This document shows positions 1-10,500 of a DNA stretch of 64,000 nt, one piece after another (the first letter of the stretch is position 1; every line of letters begins with the position of its first letter). The position numbers were made by a program, and so were the translations under genes. The stretch is taken from positions 23,256,401 through 23,320,400 of the forward strand of contig CM120641.1 of NCBI GenBank assembly GCA_051362555.1, given 5' to 3'. This DNA comes from Lingula anatina (lineage: Eukaryota > Animalia > Brachiopoda). The notes beneath the pieces were generated by a model. The model made no database searches and was not told where the DNA came from. It saw nothing but the letters and a program-made list of their open reading frames with translations.

Positions 1-514
1 AATCCATGTTTCAAATTTTTTCACCAAAGTTTGGTGAAAACGCTGATTGGTTGACCGTCAATCGGCAATCCTCGGCTGATTCCGCAAGCTCCATACTAAC
101 AACAAAGTTATTGTCGAGTGCGGAGACATCCGAGTAGTTCCGAGTGCATAACCGAACACAAAGAAAGCATGGCGTCTCCTACGAGTGACTACGTAAAATA
201 ATGTGTTAAGTTATCTCTTGATTCTTTGCAAAATATGAGTATATCGGAATTGAAACCAGAGCAGTTTGAGGCCCTGCATCATTATCTACTGAGGGATGAT
301 GTATTTTGCGTGCTGCCCACAGGTTACGGCAAGTCCCTGATATTCAGCCTTATCTTTGATTGGTCCGGATTTGAACAAAGCGCGCTTTGACTCGTTCGCG
401 TTCATTGGCTAGATCGTTCAATGAGTCATTGAGTGCGGGCTTTAAATTTGATTGGCGGGCGGCGGGGGCTATCGAATGTGGTCAGAGGTAACTTGACACG
501 ATGAAGATAGGCTA
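1..514 (+). mobile_element. Right end of a probable non-autonomous Academ(H)-like DNA transposon in the last eIF4E intron, carrying a RecQ-type helicase fragment
   Basis: CpG-rich block distinct from its flank. From ATG 235 it translates MSISELKPEQFEALHHYLLRDDVFCVLPTGYGKSLIF (RecQ-like motif 0/I) and stops shortly after. The block ends ...GATAGGCTA at 514, matching TAG...CTA Academ-type termini. Left end and TSD are outside the window. Confidence 0.55.
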
Positions 515-748
515 TAGTGAAGAGGTTAGTGGCAAGTTATCTCTGAAGCTCAGGGTGCTGTATACAGTTTTAAGCTTCAAAACTCAGTTGCTACATTATA
601 AATTTATTTCTAAATACTATCCAATACTGAAATATTTGCATCTTCCCTTGCCTTAGGCTATTAAATGCATCAACCCCCCCCCCCCCCCCCAGAAACACAT
701 GCACCCACACACACACCCAACTCAAAGCCCATTTATATCAAAGCATAC

Positions 749-3700
749 CCTATTTTAACTGTGGCTTCTGATTTCCATGCATCACTTGTCCACAAGCCCA
801 GCTTGTCACCCTTGTTTCTGATATTGACTACAGCACCACACACCTCATCACTGCTCTCCTCGAAAGCTTCACCTATTAGGCACAGGAGCTGTGAAAGATA
901 TGAAATATTTGAAAGATTAACAGTTTCAACAAGCATAAGGTCTGAATCATATACAACCTGCTGCAGAAATAGTTCAATTGTACAATTCAAAAAGAACATT
1001 AAGTCTACAACTTACAAAGAAATGCTAAACTGCAGGTAATAAAATATAGCTTATGTCAGTTTAAATCTGCTATGTTTTATATGCTTGATTACACTTTATC
1101 AACAGCATCTTAGTCAACCCTTGCTTTAAATGGCAATGTTATGACATTCTATTTCCAAATATTATTACTCCATTGAAAAAAATCATTGCAGACTATCAAA
1201 AATTCTTATTTTGGTCCACTTACTGTTTCTAGCCAGAACTTGTCTAGATCTGTATGCCTCTGTTGTTTGTTTAGGTTTATTAACCATCTTCCCCCTTTTT
1301 TATTCCTAGCATCTTCCCACATTGGCTGAATACCATCCTGGAGAAGATATTAATGTAATGAATGATTCACAGGAAATGAAATGCAGTTTATGACTGAAGT
1401 ACAGAAGACATTTTTATCTAAGAAAAATGTACTAAAACTGTAAGCAATTCATTTGTAAAACTTGTCAATGTGTGTAAACTGTTTGTACTTATTGTTCCAT
1501 GTCCACCTGACTTGACACCAGAGCCATGTCAAGGTAGCCAGGACCTTAAGAAAACTTCCCATTTACTATTTATATCTGCCAAGACCTTATTTCTAGGTCA
1601 GCACATACTATCCTAGTCTACTACTGTAAATGCACAATCATTTGTTAAAAACATATTCAGTAATTCATCTTAACATCTTAAAACAAAAGCCCAACACATC
1701 CTGTGCCATTAACTTTTCAGCTTACCAGTTTCACCAGATTCCCAAAATCAACTGGTCCTAATTAAGAATCACTGGTCAAAAAAAAAAAAAAAAATTCACT
1801 CAGATCCCTATTACAAATTAATAATAGTAATGACAAGACCTTGATTTTGTCAAATCTTTTAGGAATGCTTCCACCCATGGAGACGCACTCAAAAATATCT
1901 ATTGTAAATTGTGGAAAAAGTCAGTTAAAAAAAAATGCCATGTCAGACCACTTGATTCACACATTCTAAAAAATCTACTAGCCCACACAAAACTTTACTA
2001 TTTTTGGACGCCAGACCACTGGCTAGAGTCGCAGACTGCCAACAATACAAGTCAAAGGATGGTTTCATTCCATAATTTGCAATGCCTTTAGTCAGTCTGG
2101 GCTAAAGACAATAAAACCTTTGTTTATCTGACCTCAGGTCATACTGATCTTAACTTGGAAGGTAAAAGAAATCCTGTGACCTTTGTTTATTCAACCTGAG
2201 GTCACTGACCTTAAAATCAGATGGCAAAAGTGACATCAATCATAAGTCAATTACGGGCAATGTTCCAACAGACAAAGCTGACTTTCAAAAATATAAATAT
2301 ATGAACTCTTCAGTCTTATCCTCTTCCATATATAACTTACAATGTCCCAGTTACTTAACTGTGTTACAAGAATTCAAATTATCCCCATTTAAACTCGAGA
2401 CGTCCCACACCTGTCACATCAAACCTTCCTTAAATCACATTTTCCAAGGAAATATATGAATATTTAGTTCTAAATGGACTGTCAAATTATGAGTAGAGCA
2501 CATACCAAAGAGACTTTCAAATAACCTTATGGGTTAAGCAATTCTGTTAATCTCAGATATCTAAGAGTATAGAAGAGCAAAGTTGGCTTGAAGAAATCTA
2601 TTTCAACAGAAAAGAACTTCCATCTATTTGGGCCACAAGGCTGTAAAAATGCTTTTCTCCTAAGGATGCAAAACGTAATAAAATCCTTACAATGTCATAG
2701 TCTAGACAGAGCATGTGATTTTCATTTAAGTTGTTTCCAGATTACCTCTCTCGAGTAAAGGGCATGCCAAAAACAGCTTGCAGGGCAAGAAGGATATTGC
2801 ACTACCAAAAAAAAAAAATGCCTGCTGAAAAATGTCTTGTTAAAAAACCCAGTTAACCCATTTTATCACTTCAATCCTGAATAATTTTCATACTTTTGAA
2901 CAGTCAGAAAAATAAGTAAATGGCAATCTTAGAAAATTATCTATGTTTGTGTCTGTGAATTTTGTTTTCCCTTTTCATGGACTGGACCTAGACAGCTTTC
3001 CCATTCTCAACAGTGAGCCAGAACTGCCTAGTTAAGTAGCAGTAGATCACACAATTAGCTATAGTACTCGGCATATTTCAGCTAAACGACCCATATATCA
3101 AACACTGAATCAAGAATAGACCACTTCTAGAGATGCATACAGAATAACAAACAGTGCATGTGCCATAATATATTCAGGCATATTACATTTTAAAACACAA
3201 TAATATAATTGTAACCATACAGCACATACAACCAAGTATCAGCCATTTTTGTCATGATATTTACCTTAAATAATGAGTAATCACAGCCTGACGGTAATTT
3301 ACTAGCCGGTTGTATATGGTTATATAACCTACGGATAGAAAATACTCATGTTAAAACACCACAATACAAATGTGGATAGGCAGAGGCAGCAGGAAGTATG
3401 AACCCATACATTTTTAGTAAACATACTTCCCACTCATGACCTCATGGCAGGAAAAAGATGGAAACAACACCTTCTGCTGATCCAAATGGGAACAGCAACT
3501 ACATGGGCTATGTCAGAGGAGAGGGCAGACAATTTACTGCAAAAAGCAATTGTTTCCATCTTCTGTCCCCATCATACAACAGCCTTGTCCGTGTGTTAAG
3601 ACATATAGTGCCTGAATGGTGAACATCAGTAAAGAAATGGTCATTTTTTACTAAAGACTACTAGCATCACGTACCCAACCCCACTGACCTTAATGTACAC

Positions 3701-5827
3701 CAAAAATGCCAGTGCTATTTCCCTCAGCATTAAAAAGTATGTCCTCAATTTCCCCCATCCATGTTTTATATGTCTAAACACACAGCAACACTGACCAAAT
3801 GTTCTCAAACCATTACCTTGAATAAGGAATAATCACAGCCAGCTGACAGTTTACTACATGGCTTAATATTTTTATACACCCTGAAGCCGAAAACATATAA
3901 TTAGCAAAATAATTGAAAGGACAAAAATGTTTCTCATTACCAAATAGTTTGCTGGTTTAGGCTCTGACAACTACACATACCGAGTAAACCCAGTGATATC
4001 ATGCCACTGTGTTATTACACTGTAACTAATGTATTACAAAGGGATACACATCTTACATTTTGAAGTAATTTTAAGTGTAAACAGAGTGAGGAAAAAGCCC
4101 AGCCTTAAGGTCAGTAAAACTGCAGCTGTGCTTCAAAATCTAAATGGATATAAAGGGGTAGTAATACTTTGTTTTAACCCTATATCATTCACGTTGGGTC
4201 AGAAACTTGCAATCATTTGACTAGGATGACCCATGAAAATTATGGGAACATTATAAAATTGTGTGAAGTAGCTATCAGCACAATCACTCAACTCCTCTCA
4301 ATTTAACTTTTATGTGTTTATATGTATTCAAAATACAGGGGATGGAAATTATCCAGTGTTAAAATAAAAGGTGGCAAAATTTCACAAAATTATATTTCAC
4401 ATTTTTTTAATTCAGTTTGTCCTCTTCTTCAATTGTCTGCATAAGAAAAATTATGAAACTTACGCCCAGAAGTCCTCAACTGTATCAAATGATGTTATTA
4501 ACTTGAGATTAGATGCCCAGTCTTTTGCCTTGTCATTTTTGAAGAACCAAAGTGCCCATCTGTTTTGGAGTGGATGTTTAATGATAATTTCTGGGGTCAT
4601 TTCCTGGTCATCTTCAGCTTGATCACCTTTATCCGTTGAATTTTCAGGTTGTCGCTATAATGGATAACCAGAGATTTAATACAACATAATATCCATTATT
4701 AAGTTACTGATATAGTAGAATATATGCAAATGGAACATTTTTGTCATTTTCATTAAAAAGTACTAGTATGTAAGCAAATTGTGTTCTATTGATCTCTCAG
4801 TCATGTTTGGCTGCATACAAACTTTTTCAGTTCATGTTAATGTTTGACCCCTATCCATGTTAAATGGTATGTGTGCAATAATTGTCCAGCTCCAGACAGT
4901 TCACCAAAAATATAAACATTTCTAATTGGATCTCTAACTTAAAATGTTATTTATAAAAAAAATCAGCATTAGGCTAAACAGGCCCCACAGGTCATCATTT
5001 CAATTTAAAAAAAAATTACAATTATTTCAAATTTCTGCAAAAGCAAGTTTATGTGGTCTACTTAAATTCTTAGACATCTAATGTTAACAAATATAAACCT
5101 TGCCCATTAACTAAAAAGATACCTAAAGACCACATAAAAAGATCTTGTTAAGCTTAGTATTACTAGGAAAATATTGTACTAGCTGGAATAAACTGTAAAT
5201 GAAATACAAAGGCAATTTTTGAATGATACATGTACAGGCATACAATAATATATCTGACTAAATAAATAGTTTTTGAATGGATAACCTTTATGTAGGATAA
5301 GTCTTTTTTTAATATAAGGGTATTGGAAGAATTTTTCTTGTTCTAAAAAAGAGCATAACTGATCCATATGTTTTCCAGTCCTGCTTACTATCATAACAAG
5401 TTAATTAGTCATGAAAATTAAATCCAATTTAGTTTGAATAACTGTGGCAGTAGTCAAAAGTTCTCGTTTTCGTAACTAGTCTTTTATCATTTAATTACAG
5501 TTTCCTCTTTTTTTCGTTTCACACTCACTTTCCCAAAGAGGGTACTTGTTTAAGTTACATAACCGTTCAGTGGCCAATTATGGCATTCTTTCACTCGTGA
5601 ACCCATGCCTACCAAAGTCACACGGGGCCACGGCGCCAAACAGCTGGCAAGAAATATTTCAACAGAATAGTTACTAAAAACAAACCGTGTAATATCAAAT
5701 AAGTAATTATTTATGATAACGCTGATATAGGTTTTTCATTGACAGCGATTTAGACAACCTGACTGGTGTGAGTATGTCAAATATCCATATCATTTACCTC
5801 GTTTATTTCGGCCTGCTCGGAAGCCAT
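749..5827 (-). CDS. eIF4E: Eukaryotic translation initiation factor 4E, class I (3' exon lies left of the window)
   Basis: GT-AG exons 5798-5827 (MASEQAEINE), 4464-4654 (..KHPLQNRWALWFFKNDKAKDWASNLKLITSFDTVEDFWA), either 3817-3880 or 3265-3328 (64 nt), 1224-1337 (DGIQPMWEDARNKKGGRW..FWLET) and 749-888 (LLCLIGEAF..CGAVVNIRNKGDKLGLWT). Phases are consistent. Trp at the W43/W56-equivalent positions indicates class I. Confidence 0.97.
3265..3328 (-). CDS. eIF4E: eIF4E alternative exon 3b (canonical variant) LYNHIQPASKLPSGCDYSLFK
   Basis: 64 nt, acceptor ttctatccgtAG, donor AAG|GTaaat. Matches the canonical ALYNHI..GCDYSLFK segment. Confidence 0.95.
3817..3880 (-). CDS. eIF4E: eIF4E alternative exon 3a (divergent variant) VYKNIKPCSKLSAGCDYSLFK
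   Basis: 64 nt, acceptor ttcggcttcAG, donor AAG|GTaatg, phase 2 to 0, no stop codon, homologous to exon 3b. Confidence 0.88.
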
Positions 5828-5850
5828 GATAGTGCCTTTCTCTTCTGAGT

Positions 5851-5860
5851 GTCACGTGGT
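5851..5860. promoter_or_regulatory. E-box GTCACGTGGT about 25 nt upstream of the eIF4E ATG
   Basis: CACGTG core in a Myc/USF-type context. A related GTCACATG lies about 80 nt upstream of the unk ATG (7484-7491). Motif match only. Confidence 0.45.
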
Positions 5861-6136
5861 ACCGGCGTATTGGAACGAGGCTGAAAGGACCTGGAAAGGA
5901 CTGATGTGTTTGATGTGAATCCAGCACAACGCTCATTGCTCATCACTGGCTAATCTTGGAAGATAACAATAACTGCTAGAGGGTTGGGGATTTACAAGGT
6001 CATTGCAAAAAAGAAAATAAATAAATAAAAATAAATAAATAAACAACACATTTTTACCGTTCTTTATACATGTGACATTGAGAATTATTGCATCATTTTA
6101 CAAAAGGCTAAGCATGAAGAAAATGAATACAGATAC

Positions 6137-6412
6137 AACTAGAAAAGCACTCAGAGAGCGCAGACCTCCGCCAAGGCGGCAAAGTCTCCACCCAATGCCG
6201 TTTCACCCCTAAATTTTCGATTTTTTTATTATTGATTGATTATTGACCCGAATCACCACCATAAACTAACCATCTGTTCCTTGGCTCACTTCTGACAGTT
6301 CCTGAAAATTTCATCAAAATCGGTCAATAACTTTTTGAGTTATGTTGATGACAGACGGACAAACAGACAAACAAACAGGGGTGAAAAACATAACCTCCTT
6401 GGCGGAGGTAAT
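6137..6412 (+). mobile_element. Helentron-associated non-autonomous element (HINE / DINE-1 / Pearl-like)
   Basis: Subterminal inverted repeat ACCTCCGCCAAGG 6164-6176 / CCTTGGCGGAGGT 6397-6409, GACA/AACA microsatellite at about 6348-6377 and 3' hairpin ACCTCC-ttggc-GGAGGT. AATGAATACAGA occurs on both flanks. Confidence 0.75.
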
Positions 6413-6811
6413 TAATGAATACAGAGTCATATAAAAGATTGCATATATACTCAAAATGATAATGAGCCTGTACATGAAAAGCATTAGTACTTATATTTTA
6501 TTAGCATCTATATTTCTTAATTTTGAAATTCCATGTAAGGCAGCTCTCCTCACTCCACTGGATCCATATAAAGAATGTTAAACATGTATATATAACATTA
6601 ATCATTAATATATAACATTAATCAGAAATAATCACAGAAACCTAAATACCTATATACAATATAAAGACAGATTAAAGCTTCTATTGGAAAAAATTGAAAA
6701 ATTGAAAAGGGGTCTGTATTATACATTTTTTTCAGATTAAATATTTAAACTTTACAAAAATTCCAACTGTCGTGGATTCCAAGTACATTCTATATATTAC
6801 ACACATTAAAT

Positions 6812-6812
6812 G

Positions 6813-6882
<70 letters not shown>
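6812..6882. repeat. (AAT)n immediately followed by (ATT)n: a self-complementary microsatellite
   Basis: Directly visible; it produces the spurious poly-Ile ORF 6806..7003. Confidence 0.95.
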
Positions 6883-6883
<1 letters not shown>

Positions 6884-7567
6884 AGTAACAATTAACAACA
6901 ACAACAACAATATATGATGGTGATAATGATGGTGATAAAATCCTGAAAAATTTAAATTACAGGAAAAAAAATCAATCAACCAGTTGTATCCTTTGTCATG
7001 CAACGATTAAAGATGTTAATTGCTACTGCACGTATACAATGTACATGTAGTACGTACAACTGTTAAATCAATCTAACGTACTGCCCTTCAGAAAATCAAA
7101 CAGTCGCGCAGTGCTTACGCATGGTAAGAATTCAAGACTGTTTGTTTTCCACTGGGAGTGCTTACGTGTGAAAACCTGCTTCCGATCGAGCTTATCAGTT
7201 CATTTCACTGTGCAAACTATTTAGAAATAAGGAGAAATAACGTTTAATGTATGCGCCACCGGTGGATTTTTGTCTAATTTTGGTATTTCAATAGCAATGG
7301 CTGTCCTCAGTTTTTTATAATTTCAGTGTTTTTTTTTTTTTTCTTTTTTTTTTTCTTATTAAGGTTAAACACTCTTAATAGCATTTCACTTTTGTAAAAT
7401 CACCTTTACGGTAGATTACTTGAGAACAGAAAAGGGGGGATTCCGTCTCGCAGTTCACTCGGGACAACCACAGGGGGCTTTCCCGTCACATGGTCAAAAT
7501 TGGCCAATTAGGGCTAAGGAAATAGATGTGCGATTTAGATGCGCAGTGGATCATTATTGACATCAAA

Positions 7568-10500
7568 ATGCCGTCGGAGGCTCCAGTTTTACCCACACAA
7601 CCAGAAAAACCTCACCATTATACGTAAGTAGCATAACATGCAACTCGATTTACTTTTTTTACGTCTTCAATAAAAAAAGATCTTCGTATTGTCTTGTTGT
7701 ACTGATTTTATGCGTTGATTTTCAGATATTTGAAGGAGTTTAGAACACAACAATGTCCCCTCTTCCTGCAACATAAGTGCACGCAACATCGGCCGTTCAC
7801 ATGTTTTCATTGGCACTTTATGAATCAAAGGCGCAGGAGACCGATCCGGAAGAGAGACGGAACGTTCAGTTATAGCCCAGATATATATTGTACAAAATTT
7901 GATGAAACTACAGGCATTTGTCAAGATGGCGATGAGTAAGTACTTGCTGATGTTTGAATTTTGGTGGGAAAAGTGGCTAAAATCAAAGCATGCTTAAACC
8001 TGCAACTTGCAGAAGCAGAAACTTCTTCAATAGAGAATATTTTATCAACACGTCATATATAAGGGGTAAACGCACACAGGTATTATATCTAAAATGTTAT
8101 CTTGAAAGGAATGTTTAATTTGAGTGTTCTCGTACCTGACAGAAGTCAAGTATATAAACAATCATGGCGGCCATTTCTTGTTTACATCCAGTCTTATGGA
8201 CATCATGAGGGGATAACAACTTAGCATCTTAAAGACAGTGGTTAGATCAAAGCACATTCAATCAAAGGGTGATATAAAATATGCCTAGTATTTTCGTTTA
8301 ATTTGCAATGTGTTTATTTGTGGATTCCTAAATCGAAAGAACTAAAAGTGATACCCTTGACCTATTTATAGATTTCAAGTATGGCAGTATTTGCCCAATA
8401 CAATAAAAGAGAAACAAAAAAAAATTAAAAAAGAAAAGAAACAATTAACGGGGAAAAAACAAAATTTTGTGATTGTTTTTGGATCAATTTGATATTGACA
8501 GTAAATAACAGACATTAAATTTGACTAAAATTACTTTTATAAATCATTTTCAAAGCTTATAATATGATGTCCAAAATATTTTTATTTTCGATGGTTCATT
8601 AAAGACATATATAAAATGTGATTAAAGTATCTATAAAAAGAATTATGATGCAATTCATTAGTAAGTAACAGTTCATCATAAATATAAAAGTACTTAAGGT
8701 TGAGCATAAGCTTGGGTTTTAACAAATTCTGCAGTGTTCTGTCCCCATGCTCATACCAAATGATTTTATCAAACATCAAGTTTATTTCTAAGGATGCGTT
8801 CACAATAAATCTTTATTCTTGGTATTGAGTAAAATATGGGAAAGCTAGTGATTATTTGAGTACATTGAAAACAATAGGCAGTAATGCAGAATGTTAGTCT
8901 TTTCTTTCTAGTTGTTTCTCCATTGCCCTATCTCAGGAAGGGACTAGCCTGGATATCTGGAAATCTGATTTATCGCGACAACTCAACTTCCAAACATTGA
9001 TATTTTAGAGGCTTATACTACTTAATGATGTTTCTATTGATACTCTTCCTTATCTCCCTTCTGTCTATCTGTCCTGTCTTATGTTAGATAATTTTACCTT
9101 TCGTAATATCAACAAAGATACCTGACTACACATTCAGTAAAGTAAACGACACTTTAAGACATAATGAACTTCATAATTTTCATGTTTTGTTTCACAATTT
9201 AATCACTATATATCATTGTAGGTATGCAGTTTTTGTTACCTTGTGCAATTTCTATTTTAAGAATTTTATAGCAGTATATATATAAAAACAGCATTCCGCT
9301 TATCACAATTATGAAAATTTCATCTCATAATACACTAGCTATGATGTTGAATATTGTTATTGAGGCAAGTTGACTAAATGTAAAGATGGCTGTCACAACA
9401 TATGTTTTCATTGCATTATTTATGTAAAATATTAAGTTTGTTATCTTACTGCTAAATGTAATGCATTGAGAAGAGGTATAGTTATTATCAAAACACAAAT
9501 GCTATATATTATGACATGTTTTTAGTGAAAATACAAAATAGACACTTCTTTATGGTCCCACAAGTATGAGCTCATCCTGTGGGATAGTCGTGATTGCTTT
9601 TATTTCTGAAAGAATCCTGGGATTATCAGTTGAAATTTATCAATTTCATATCATATATTTTGCATGCTTTTTTTCTTCAAACATTTCTCTTAGTTTCATT
9701 TGTAAGAATTATGGGGTTGAACTCAAACTCTGATAAAATGACTTTTAAACAAAGATTTATATATATTAGAAAAAAAATAAGTTGACTATTTAAAGTATTT
9801 TATGAATATAGTTATTTGAGAAAATGTTTTCTTTTACTACCATTTGATCTGCTGTCCACAGATATTACATGTGGGCAATCTGTATGAGGTACAGAATATA
9901 ATTGTTTATCTGAGGTGATTCACCATGGCACAAAAAGTTTGACAACCTATTGCAGTTTTAGTTTACTTTTTTATTTTTTATGATGTCAGTTTGAGATCAT
10001 TGTAACTTTGTATGGCTGTTTTATTGGATACCACATGACTTAGTTTACATTTTGAATGTTAAAGGGATAATAACTCTTCGTATGAGATCTATATTTCTCA
10101 ATAAAAACATTGTGAATAACTCACAGAAATATAATATATTCTGTTTTACCACAAAAACGGCAGTTATAGCTATTATTCTGATATCTGAGCTTGTCTTTAG
10201 ACCACGTGACCTCCATTGATGGCTATACTCTGTTAAAATCTCTTAAGAGATTTTAACAAAAAACCAAACTTTTTAGAAAAAAAACCAGGGACTAACTTCG
10301 AATGTAAAAATGGATTCATTAACCATTGGTAAGTATGGGAAAATTGTTGTTTACTCCAGGAAAATTCATTTTTTGGCCGAAACGAAGAGTTATTATCCCT
10401 TTAACATTAAGTAAGCCTCAGTTATGAAATTTTACAGTTCACAAAAGAATTATGAAATTTAGATTCTCAGTATAAATATTTGATTTGTTATGTTATAGGT

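Noticed and set aside
665-1039. 124-aa plus-strand ORF
   Set aside because: Antisense to an eIF4E exon and starts in a poly-C run.
1495-1545. Hairpin CTTGACA/TGTCAAG followed by ACA on the minus strand; possible H/ACA snoRNA
   Set aside because: Pocket-to-ACA spacing is too short and there is no convincing H box or first hairpin.
2011-2100. Inverted repeat CCAGAC..ACTGGCTAGAG / CTTTAGTCAGTCTGG in an eIF4E intron
   Set aside because: Its mismatches are G-U only on the non-transcribed strand (A-C in the pre-mRNA), so support for an RNA structure is weak.
1338-3264. Third homologous eIF4E alternative exon
   Set aside because: No further GCDYSLFK-like 64-nt exon found by eye.
6806-7003. Poly-Ile ORF
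   Set aside because: Microsatellite translation.
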